Source: Patescibacteria group bacterium
Lineage (GTDB): Bacteria > Patescibacteriota > Patescibacteriia > PEXW01
Reading direction: 5' to 3'
DNA length: 57,314 nt
Assembly: GCA_038065235.1 (NCBI GenBank)
Contig: JBBTRK010000007.1
Span: 1-57,314 of the forward strand
Positions 26,643 through 35,152 of the stretch are shown here, in pieces. Both the position numbers and the translations under genes were made by a program. Position 1 is the stretch's first letter. The number at the start of each line of letters is the position of its first letter. Under the pieces are notes generated by a model. The model did no database searches and was not told where the DNA came from. It worked only from the letters and a program-made list of their open reading frames with translations.

Positions 26643-26671
26643 TTGACTTTTTGGGTTTTTGGTGGTACAAT
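26643..26671 (+). promoter_or_regulatory. Sigma70-type promoter heading the pilus supercluster
   Basis: TTGACT (26643..26648), 17 nt, TACAAT (26666..26671), with a TGg extended -10. Confidence 0.6.
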
Positions 26672-26696
26672 ATAGTTGCTTGTACGATACAAAAAA

Positions 26697-29600
26697 ATGA
26701 AAAGCCACGCGCCCAAACCCCTGCGAAGCACTTCGAAGGCCAGAGCCTGGTACGGCTTTGCGCTCGTGTTTGGGATTGGGATTTTGCTGTTACCTGGGCT
26801 TGCAAAGGCCGCGCTTACTAGCCCAGTGCCAGTGGTGACGGGGAGTGGGTATGGCAAAGCCGATAGCTTAGGGTTGCGGCAAGAGACAATCATTGGTGAA
26901 GATGGAAAAGCGTTTACCTATGGCCAATCCTGGAACCGCCGCATTGTGTACATGGAGCCGCCAGGGGGCAAGAAGCTGCTCGTTGCTGCGGTTGTCAATA
27001 CGAGCGATACCATCAGTGGCTGTAGCGGGACTAAGCCTAAGTGCAGGCTGGAGTTTCGAGTGAGTGAGAATAACGGGCTCACCTGGTCGCAGGCGCTTCT
27101 GGGGCCAAAGCTGTATCTCGAGATTGTAGGGCCGAAGTTCGACTACACCATTTACCCAGACCCGAATGGGAATGACTTGTGGGTTTCGTATACTGATTCG
27201 GTGTTGACGTCGACGTATAGTGTTTATGGGGTAGTTAATGAGCAAGATTTTACCAACAGTAAAATTCAGAAACTTACGTTAGATAGCACGACAAAACTTG
27301 CCTGGGCACTTGGTGCTTCCGAGCGGCCAAACTATACCTTGAGCAATACTGGTGTTACTTTCACGGATTATGTATCACCCACTGCAGTGGGTATTCAAGT
27401 CACCGGAAGTATATCCCGGGTTTGGGCGGCAATTTCAGCAGTAACTACTAATGCGGATCCATATGTTGTTACACGGGATGCTTTCTTAGTGTATAAAAAT
27501 ACTTCTACATTTGGGGATAATAATCCCTGGATACTCTCCTATTATTACAGTAGGAATAATTTGTTCGCTACTAATCCGCCCACGCCTGGTTATACTAAAT
27601 ATGCATCTGAGTTTGGTGCAAGCGCAAAGATTTCTTTTCTTCCACTTGGGGCCAATAAGCAGCCCCTAATTGTTATGAATATCGCGCGGAGAAATGTAGA
27701 TTGCAAAACACTTGAGGAAGGTTTTCTCCCTTTGGCTCAGGTACGTGGCCTTCGCTTTCTCGTACCTAGTAACGGTGATGGTGATTACTCAACTTGGAAT
27801 CCAATAATGGTATCTGCAAGTTACCCATTTTATTACAAATCGACTGTTAATGGCACCGATTGCCTGCCTTCTACTCCAGTTGATCCAGTGAGAGATCTTA
27901 TAACAACATCTGGTGGGGAATACCGTTTTGATTTTTCGGCCGCCGCGATGCCGGTTACCGGCAATGCAAACAAGGGTAGGGTAGTGTTGGCTTATGAAGG
28001 TGGGGTGGACACCAATGGGGGAGATCACACAGACGAAATACGTGTCGCAACTTGTGATGTGACTATCGATGGGTCGTTTGAAGCAGCGGATGTCAGTTGC
28101 CCAATTATTGACAAGCAAATTGCTACAGGATTTGGCAGTCCGTCTGTCGGTTTTTACGAAGGCGTGCCCTGGGTTGCATACTCGCATCATGTGAATACCA
28201 CCCAGAGCAAATTACATTTTTCAAAAGAAACCCTCTATAACACACCAAGCACGTGGGATTGGGCTGAGCAAGCTGGGGTGAGTTATGCCACTAATACAAT
28301 CATGCCGAGTGTTCCAGCGTATATACCGAGCGCGTCGGCGGTAACGACGAATTCTGGGTACATACCAACGATTTGGTCCGAAAAAAATGGTAAGCGTATT
28401 GCTTTTGCTGCAAACACTGGCGGTGCGCTCATCGGCACCAACCCGCCGTACACGTCCAATCCGATCTGGGGCTATGGCTGGTCGTCAAATTTTGGGTGGT
28501 TGAGTCTAAACTGCATAAACAAGCCGAACCAAGACTGCACGAATCTTTTCGGCACTGGTATTGGGACGACGCCGCATGGCGACGAGCTCCCAGTGGCGGG
28601 TGAGTTAGCTCAGCTGCAAAATGTTGCCGGCCTCTCGCCCACATCCGATAAAACTTTCCCAATTGGCGGCTACGCGTGGTCCAGCAACGCCGGCTTCTTG
28701 AGCCTGGAGCGGCGAGATAGTATTTGCTCTGCGGCCAACTGCCCATCACCAAATTCAAACCCAAACGGAAACCCGCCGGGGTTGGCCTACAACAACTACG
28801 CTCCGTCAGGTGCGGTTGACCCAAATGTCCCAATAGCCAAGTACGATACTGCGTCCCAGCACGTTTATGGCTGGGGCCGATTCCTGAATCTATGCAACTA
28901 CGACAGCCTGAACAAACGTTGCAAAGACAAAGACAACGGCTGGGTTAGGTTGCGGGGGTATTACAAGATCGAGGCGAATAACGCAGCGTTGGGTACAAAC
29001 TACAACGCTGGTACAACGACGCTAACTTTAGTAGTAAATGGCGGCAATGCTTTTTATAGTAGTGGTACTAATGCGGGTGTTGCTACTATTGGCGCGGAAA
29101 ATTTTACGTACACGCGTAGCGGAGATGTGCTCACCATTACGCCATCTTTACAGCAGAACTACGCAGCTGGCACGCTAGCCTACAATGTCACGGGGAATGA
29201 ATACGGCCTAGACGCCTTTTGGACCGGCGACCATTACGAACTAGCAGGCTGGGCCTGGAGCAACGACTATGGCTGGATCCGCTTCAACCCCCTTATCTTC
29301 GTTGGGTTCTCGTGGTTAGAGACGTTATTTGGAAATGTGTACAGCGGTGGCGATATTGCGGTGCCGAGCCCTAAGAATCTTTCGAAGGTGCGTCATAAAA
29401 CCTGTGGTGTGAATGGAAATGAAGATTGTTACGTGGGTACCTACCGCATAGAAGCTGGCGGCAGCATCGCAGGTTTCTCGTACGCCGGCACTGGTGATTT
29501 GGTTGATCCGGCGGACAGCGCGGGCGGGAGTATTCTAAAACCTGGTGTTTCTCCAACGACGCACACATGCGATCCATCTAATAATCCGACAAAAACGTAT

Positions 29601-30941
29601 GCGCCTGAGTATTGTGTTTTACAAGGTGACAATACAGTGCTAAACCCCTTACTCGAACGTTCGTGGGCTACACCGGCGGCTCCACCATTCGGTTTCCCCA
29701 CCGTGGGCAGCACCACCACGTCGTATCGCAACGCCTTGGGCAAGCTGGATGTCGGCGGGCTGACGAAAATTATTGGTACGGCAAAAGAATATACGGGAAA
29801 GATTAACAGCAGAACCTTCCTGACAAAGCCCAACCGCTTTGGGAACACCGTGTACAAAACGTCGTCAGCCACCTCGGTACCGACATGGACCATCAACGAG
29901 CTTTCCGGCTGGGTGAATCAAACTTGGGATTCGGAAGTCCCAGTATTCCCACTGAACGTGACGACTGCAGAAGCTGGTAGTCAAATAGCCCCGCTGCGAA
30001 GTCAGGTGGTACACGTGCAAGGGAACCTTACCGTGGATGGCAAGGAGGCCACTTATGTCAATAATGTTGGTGATTTTACCACCGGCACGGCTACGTTAAC
30101 TGTATCGGGTATCTCTTCACCTGAAACATTTCCAACCCAGGCTACAGTTGGAAGTAAAACCGTTGGGTGTGCAGGCTGTGCAATCGTTATTGATCAAGGG
30201 CAAGATACAGAAGAATATTTCTCCTACACGGAGTATAACATTAATACCAAGGTTTTCAGCGGTGTCCGTAGGCTGATAACTTGCGCTGGGACAACGATGT
30301 GTAAGACTCACACGGCGAATGTATCAAAAGTCCGTTGGGTGTGGCGGTTGCCGTACGGTGATAATGGCACAACCAACACCGCCCAGAGCACGACAATTGT
30401 AGTAGACGGGAACCTGGAAATTAATTATAATATAATCGCTGCTGATCGAACGAAAGATGCGGATATTTCCGCAACGACCCAGACGAACCCCGCCCCCGAT
30501 ACCATCCGTGACTTGCCGACAATTGCCTTCGTGGTTAAAGGGAACGTCATCATTGACCCGCAGGTGAACAAACTCACAGGTGCATTCATAGTGACGAGCC
30601 GGAATACGACACCAGATCCTGATAGCGTCGTCAGCGGCACGATTATGCCCAATCCCGATTCCAAATGCACCTCCCAGTATCTCGGTTGCGGCGGAGTATT
30701 CAAAACCGGGAATGACAATATCTCTTCTATCTGCACGTCGGCATCGCCAAAATGCCGCCCGCTGACGATTACCGGCTTGCTGTTTGCTCGCCGTTTCGCC
30801 TTTGAACGCATTGGCAGCCTGCAAAAGAACGATACCCCAGCCGAACGGGTGATTGCAGACGAGCGGCTGTTCCTAAACCCACCCCCGGGCCTGGCAGACG
30901 TGACCAAAGCCCTGCCGAACCCGACCCGAACGCTCCCCTAA
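26697..30941 (+). CDS. Giant secreted protein (1414 aa) with an Asp-box and G[WY]xWSxNxG[WF] repeats
   Basis: Signal anchor (AWYGFALVFGIGILLLPGLAKA). BNR/Asp-box SENNGLTW. Repeats GYGWSSNFGWLSLN, GGYAWSSNAGFLSLE and AGWAWSNDYGWIRFN. Ends 10 nt upstream of pilM. Confidence 0.85.
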   Translation: MKSHAPKPLRSTSKARAWYGFALVFGIGILLLPGLAKAALTSPVPVVTGSGYGKADSLGLRQETIIGEDGKAFTYGQSWNRRIVYMEPPGGKKLLVAAVVNTSDTISGCSGTKPKCRLEFRVSENNGLTWSQALLGPKLYLEIVGPKFDYTIYPDPNGNDLWVSYTDSVLTSTYSVYGVVNEQDFTNSKIQKLTLDSTTKLAWALGASERPNYTLSNTGVTFTDYVSPTAVGIQVTGSISRVWAAISAVTTNADPYVVTRDAFLVYKNTSTFGDNNPWILSYYYSRNNLFATNPPTPGYTKYASEFGASAKISFLPLGANKQPLIVMNIARRNVDCKTLEEGFLPLAQVRGLRFLVPSNGDGDYSTWNPIMVSASYPFYYKSTVNGTDCLPSTPVDPVRDLITTSGGEYRFDFSAAAMPVTGNANKGRVVLAYEGGVDTNGGDHTDEIRVATCDVTIDGSFEAADVSCPIIDKQIATGFGSPSVGFYEGVPWVAYSHHVNTTQSKLHFSKETLYNTPSTWDWAEQAGVSYATNTIMPSVPAYIPSASAVTTNSGYIPTIWSEKNGKRIAFAANTGGALIGTNPPYTSNPIWGYGWSSNFGWLSLNCINKPNQDCTNLFGTGIGTTPHGDELPVAGELAQLQNVAGLSPTSDKTFPIGGYAWSSNAGFLSLERRDSICSAANCPSPNSNPNGNPPGLAYNNYAPSGAVDPNVPIAKYDTASQHVYGWGRFLNLCNYDSLNKRCKDKDNGWVRLRGYYKIEANNAALGTNYNAGTTTLTLVVNGGNAFYSSGTNAGVATIGAENFTYTRSGDVLTITPSLQQNYAAGTLAYNVTGNEYGLDAFWTGDHYELAGWAWSNDYGWIRFNPLIFVGFSWLETLFGNVYSGGDIAVPSPKNLSKVRHKTCGVNGNEDCYVGTYRIEAGGSIAGFSYAGTGDLVDPADSAGGSILKPGVSPTTHTCDPSNNPTKTYAPEYCVLQGDNTVLNPLLERSWATPAAPPFGFPTVGSTTTSYRNALGKLDVGGLTKIIGTAKEYTGKINSRTFLTKPNRFGNTVYKTSSATSVPTWTINELSGWVNQTWDSEVPVFPLNVTTAEAGSQIAPLRSQVVHVQGNLTVDGKEATYVNNVGDFTTGTATLTVSGISSPETFPTQATVGSKTVGCAGCAIVIDQGQDTEEYFSYTEYNINTKVFSGVRRLITCAGTTMCKTHTANVSKVRWVWRLPYGDNGTTNTAQSTTIVVDGNLEINYNIIAADRTKDADISATTQTNPAPDTIRDLPTIAFVVKGNVIIDPQVNKLTGAFIVTSRNTTPDPDSVVSGTIMPNPDSKCTSQYLGCGGVFKTGNDNISSICTSASPKCRPLTITGLLFARRFAFERIGSLQKNDTPAERVIADERLFLNPPPGLADVTKALPNPTRTLP

Positions 30942-30951
30942 ATTCCTCCCC

Positions 30952-32061
30952 ATGGCCTTCTTTTCTTCCAAGCAGAGCTACGTCGGCATCGACATTGGTG
31001 GTTCATCCATCAAGGCCGTGGAATTGCGGTCAGATAATGGCCGGCCGACGTTGGTGACCTACGGTTTTGCCGAGAAGCGCAGCGACCTGTTGAAGAACAG
31101 CGTGGCCGAGGAAATGCGCGCAATTGTGGAGGCGATTAAGCAAATTGTGAAGTCGGCACGCATTACCACGCGGCTCGCCGTAACAGCCTTGCCGAGTTTC
31201 ACGGTGTTCAGTTCGATTATTTCCCTGCCGCAGATGTCGAAGAAAGATTTGATGTCCGCGGTTAAGTGGGAGGCCAAGAAATTTGTACCCATGCCGGTGG
31301 ATGAGATGATTTTAGACTGGGAAGTGCTGAAGGAAGATAGCCTGGCCGCCAAAGTCGCGGGGGCGAATGTGGCGAAGCCGGTTGACCCAAAGGCTGAGCC
31401 AGCCGCGCCGGCCAAAGACTTGAAAGTGCTGCTGACGGCGGCGCCGAAGAACCTGGTGCAGCGTTACATGGATATTTTCAAAGCCGCTGATTTGCAGCTA
31501 ATCGCCCTGGAAACCGAGGCTTTTTCTTTGGAGCGCTCGCTTATTGGCCATGATAAGGCGCCGATTATGATTGTGGATATTGGCGCCGTCGCCACAGATA
31601 TTGTGGTCTTCAGCGAGGGCATTCCCATGCTCACGCGGTCCATTGATGTGGGCGGCGATACCATAACCAAGACCATTGCCAGCACCTTGCGGGTGAGCAC
31701 CGAGCGGGCCGAGCAGTTTAAGCGCGACTTCTTCATCGCCACGCAGGGCACGCCAGACAGCAATATCCCGAAGGCAATTGAATTCGTGGTGAATTCAATT
31801 ACTAATGAAATTCGATACGTGCTGAATCTCTACCAGAACCAGGGTACAGGCCGCAGCATTGAGAAGCTCATCCTGGGCGGTGGCTCGGCGTTCCTGACGA
31901 ACCTGCCCGAGTATTTCACTAAACTCCTAAACATCCAGACCTACATCGGCGATCCCTGGGCCCGCGTCTCGTACCCCATTGAGCTCAAGCCGGTGTGGAA
32001 CGAGATTGGTCCGCGTTTCGGCGTGGCCGTTGGTCTGGGACTGCGCCAGCTGGGTAGCTAA
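30952..32061 (+). CDS. pilM: Type IV pilus assembly protein PilM (actin-like ATPase)
   Basis: YVGIDIGGSSIKAVEL N-terminus and later VDIGAVATDIVV, GGGSAF motifs. Confidence 0.9.
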   Translation: MAFFSSKQSYVGIDIGGSSIKAVELRSDNGRPTLVTYGFAEKRSDLLKNSVAEEMRAIVEAIKQIVKSARITTRLAVTALPSFTVFSSIISLPQMSKKDLMSAVKWEAKKFVPMPVDEMILDWEVLKEDSLAAKVAGANVAKPVDPKAEPAAPAKDLKVLLTAAPKNLVQRYMDIFKAADLQLIALETEAFSLERSLIGHDKAPIMIVDIGAVATDIVVFSEGIPMLTRSIDVGGDTITKTIASTLRVSTERAEQFKRDFFIATQGTPDSNIPKAIEFVVNSITNEIRYVLNLYQNQGTGRSIEKLILGGGSAFLTNLPEYFTKLLNIQTYIGDPWARVSYPIELKPVWNEIGPRFGVAVGLGLRQLGS

Positions 32062-32070
32062 TGCCATATC

Positions 32071-33342
32071 ATGGACTCCACCATTAACCTCCTGCCCGAG
32101 AAGGACAAACAGCTGAAACGGGATGGGCACCGTAAGCCGATGGCGGAAATGGTCGAAATGACCAAGCCGCAGGATCGGGTATTTCAGGAACGCGTGGTGC
32201 GCATGGAAGGCGTGCTGGCGTTCTTCAAGAACATATTCCGTCGGGCGCCAAAGCTCCCTCAGCCGAAGATCGCGGTTGTTATTCCACCTGCGCCGCCGAA
32301 GCCATTTGCAGCTGCTCCAAAATCAGCGGCACCAGTGACGAAGCTCGAGACTATGCAAGATCGGCTGCCAAAGATTCCACAGGCACCGAAACCTTCGGTG
32401 GCGCCGCCAACTGGAAGTTTTTTTTCAAACCTTTTCAGCAAGAAAGCGAAATCGTCATTACCCATTGGGAACCGCCCTGCTCTGGCTGTCCCCATGCTGT
32501 CCCCGACGCCAAAAATTATTCCACCCCCTGCGCCAGTTCGTCGTGCTGCATCGTGGGCGCCGCCGCCTCCACCCCCGGTAGTAGTGAAAGCAGCCGTGCC
32601 GCATGTATCATTGCCCCCCACACCCGCTCCTGCGAAAGCCCCACTTGGAGCTGCGGCATTCCCGCCCCCTCCTCCACGTGTGCCGGGTCTGCCTCCCCGT
32701 GTCGTCACCGAAGCCCAGCCTCTGCAGGGTGTCTCGATGAACGTCAATTTGGTTCCCGAGCAGTACCAACCCGAAGCGTCAGCGAAAGATCGAATTTTTG
32801 CGGGGTCATTTGTCGGCGGGGCGGTTCTGCTGGTTGCGTTAGCGACTTTGGGTCTGTTCTTCTACCAGCAGCGGTTGCAGAGCAAGGTGCAGGCTATTGA
32901 CGATGAGACAATCCAGGTTAACGGTGAAATATCTATTCGAGAGCGCGATGATTTAACTGACGCTTTGGTAATGCAGCAGCGCACCAGTGATGTGAAACGC
33001 GTGCTTGACCAGCACGTATATTGGGATGTTTTCTTTGAGAAGCTAGAGGGCGTGACGCTGCCAACGGTTGCGTACTCAACTATGTCCGTCGACGTTGCTG
33101 GCAGCGTGACGCTCGCGGCACAGGCGAAAACTTACAATGACGTTGGCGCCCAGCTCCTAACCTACCAGCGCGCCAAAGATTTTATTACCGACGTAACCAT
33201 TTCGGCCGCCACAAAAACAAGTGCCTCGTCTGGCTCGGCGCAAAACAACACCCCGCCGGGGCAGCCTGCTCAGGCACCGCAAAGTCTCGTGTCATTCTCG
33301 GTTTCCATGCGGGTCGATCCCGCCCTTTTCTACCGACGGTAG
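32071..33342 (+). CDS. pilN: PilN-like protein with a long Pro-rich linker
   Basis: N-terminal INLLPEK motif, about 220 aa of Pro/Ala-rich low complexity, a single TM helix (FVGGAVLLVALATLGLFFY) and a C-terminal periplasmic domain. Confidence 0.75.
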   Translation: MDSTINLLPEKDKQLKRDGHRKPMAEMVEMTKPQDRVFQERVVRMEGVLAFFKNIFRRAPKLPQPKIAVVIPPAPPKPFAAAPKSAAPVTKLETMQDRLPKIPQAPKPSVAPPTGSFFSNLFSKKAKSSLPIGNRPALAVPMLSPTPKIIPPPAPVRRAASWAPPPPPPVVVKAAVPHVSLPPTPAPAKAPLGAAAFPPPPPRVPGLPPRVVTEAQPLQGVSMNVNLVPEQYQPEASAKDRIFAGSFVGGAVLLVALATLGLFFYQQRLQSKVQAIDDETIQVNGEISIRERDDLTDALVMQQRTSDVKRVLDQHVYWDVFFEKLEGVTLPTVAYSTMSVDVAGSVTLAAQAKTYNDVGAQLLTYQRAKDFITDVTISAATKTSASSGSAQNNTPPGQPAQAPQSLVSFSVSMRVDPALFYRR

Positions 33343-33343
33343 T

Positions 33344-33940
33344 ATGCATTTTAAACTCTCTGCCAGCATCCGGTTCATTCAGCGCCACATCTTTGCCGTG
33401 GGGATTATTGTGGCCGGGCTTGTGATCCTGTTTGGGTACCTTTTCTTTGTTGCGCCGCGGCTGCGCAATGTGAAGAACCTTGGGGGGCTCAGCTACAACC
33501 AGAAGGTAAAAACCCTCGAGACCCAGAAGAAATACCGAGATGATCTGCAGACGCTGCATATTCGTCTGCAAGATATTTCTTACACCGACATTGCGCGGCT
33601 GAATAAAGTTATACCAAAAGGGAAAGATATTCCAGGTATCTTTCGGCAGATGCAGGCATTCGCCGTGGAAGCTAAGATGGAACTTCTGTCGGTAGCAGTT
33701 TCTGATGGGGCGGCTTTGCCCGCCGGCAGCGATGGGAAGGGCTCGGCGAACCTCCGAACCCTTACGGTTTCGGTGGTGCTCGGGGGCGCACTGGACTACC
33801 AGGGCCTAAAGGAGTTTTTAAATACGGTTTCTCGCCAAGCCCCCATACTAGACCTGACGGCCATTTCGAATTCCGCGGCGGGGTCGGCGACGCCTACAAC
33901 GTACAGTTTTTCATTCCGTAGCTACTACGTGACCCAGTAA
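33344..33940 (+). CDS. pilO: PilO-like pilus assembly protein
   Basis: ATG 1 nt after the pilN stop. TM helix, coiled-coil segment and globular C-terminus, in the position after pilN. Confidence 0.7.
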   Translation: MHFKLSASIRFIQRHIFAVGIIVAGLVILFGYLFFVAPRLRNVKNLGGLSYNQKVKTLETQKKYRDDLQTLHIRLQDISYTDIARLNKVIPKGKDIPGIFRQMQAFAVEAKMELLSVAVSDGAALPAGSDGKGSANLRTLTVSVVLGGALDYQGLKEFLNTVSRQAPILDLTAISNSAAGSATPTTYSFSFRSYYVTQ

Positions 33941-33946
33941 ACCCTC

Positions 33947-35152
33947 ATGCTCGTCCAACGGCAAACGCCAAAACGATTACGGAAACTCCTCATTGGGGGT
34001 GGGGTCATTCTCGTGCCTATCCTGGGGTACATTGCGTACCTTAATTTTTTCAGTTCACCCCCCGCGGCAGATATGGTTGGTACGGTCGTGCAGAAAATTG
34101 TGCCAGCCGACTTTGGGCAGAAATTTTTTCGTGACCCACGCTTCAATGCACTCGTACCGAAGCAGGGCACTGCGCTCATCACCCAGTCGGCCGTCACGGT
34201 TCCCAGCGATGTGCTGCCGGCACCCCAAGCCGTCCAGGTTTTTGACATGCAGACCGGTGGCACGGTGCTTTTCACCTGGAAGAAGCCCGAGGGGACAGGA
34301 ACAGCCACGGGTATACGCTTGAATCTTGTGACGGGTGAGAATCAAACTAACATCGTGACACTCCCTGCCACGGCTACGTCGTTTCAGTACCGGGGCGCAA
34401 CTGATGGTGCGCAGACGACCTACGAGCTTCACTACATTGCCCAGGTCGGGGTGGAGGATTCCCCGGCCGTGCAAGCTCGTCCTGGTGCAACGGGTGGGCC
34501 GCTCACAGTCGCCGCAGCCACCAACGATGGCGTTAAGCTTACCTGGACCAAGCCAACCAGAGAATTTGAAGCGGCCGAAGTGTACCGCTCGACGACCGTC
34601 GGCGACCTGGGGTTGCGCCTGGCTCGCCTCGGTGCCGAGGAAACGTCGTACGAAGATATTACCGGCCGACCGAATCTCTACTTCTACCTCATCCGGTGGG
34701 TAACCAGCAGCGTTGCCGGGCAGACTTGGCAAGGGCAGGTGGCCAGCTCGGATCGTGAGGCACCGGCACCACCCCAGGCTATTACTGCTGCATACGAGGA
34801 TAGCACCGTTGATCAGCCGTTTGTACGATTGACCTGGTCGCCCTCGCCCTCACCGGATGTAATTTCGTACGAAATTTTTCGGTCCACTAGTGCCATGAGC
34901 CTAGGGGCAAAAATTGGCGAGAAAGCGGTTGATGCTATTGCATCCATTGAAGCAATTGCGGCTAATCCCCAAATCGCTAAGGACTGTGCGAAGCAGTATT
35001 GTTTGGAAGACGCCAGCTTCGCGAAGGACAGTGCGGTGGTGAAGGGTATTCCATACTACTACACCGCGCTGGCAATCGATGGGGCAGGGAATCGGTCCTC
35101 GCTTCAAGATCTTGGGGTGTCGGGGCGGCCCAACCCTTTTATTCCCCTATGA
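33947..35152 (+). CDS. Membrane-anchored protein with three fibronectin-III-like repeats
   Basis: N-terminal TM helix. Three repeats of LxWxxP...Y.(I/V)(Y/F)RS type (LFTWKKPEG, LTWTKPTREFEAAEVYRST, LTWSPSPSPDVISYEIFRST). Overlaps the pilB start (ATGA). Confidence 0.7.
   Translation: MLVQRQTPKRLRKLLIGGGVILVPILGYIAYLNFFSSPPAADMVGTVVQKIVPADFGQKFFRDPRFNALVPKQGTALITQSAVTVPSDVLPAPQAVQVFDMQTGGTVLFTWKKPEGTGTATGIRLNLVTGENQTNIVTLPATATSFQYRGATDGAQTTYELHYIAQVGVEDSPAVQARPGATGGPLTVAAATNDGVKLTWTKPTREFEAAEVYRSTTVGDLGLRLARLGAEETSYEDITGRPNLYFYLIRWVTSSVAGQTWQGQVASSDREAPAPPQAITAAYEDSTVDQPFVRLTWSPSPSPDVISYEIFRSTSAMSLGAKIGEKAVDAIASIEAIAANPQIAKDCAKQYCLEDASFAKDSAVVKGIPYYYTALAIDGAGNRSSLQDLGVSGRPNPFIPL

Noticed and set aside
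32259-32747. 162-aa Gly-rich ORF on the minus strand
   Set aside because: It is the antisense reading of the Pro-rich (CCN) tract of the PilN-like gene.
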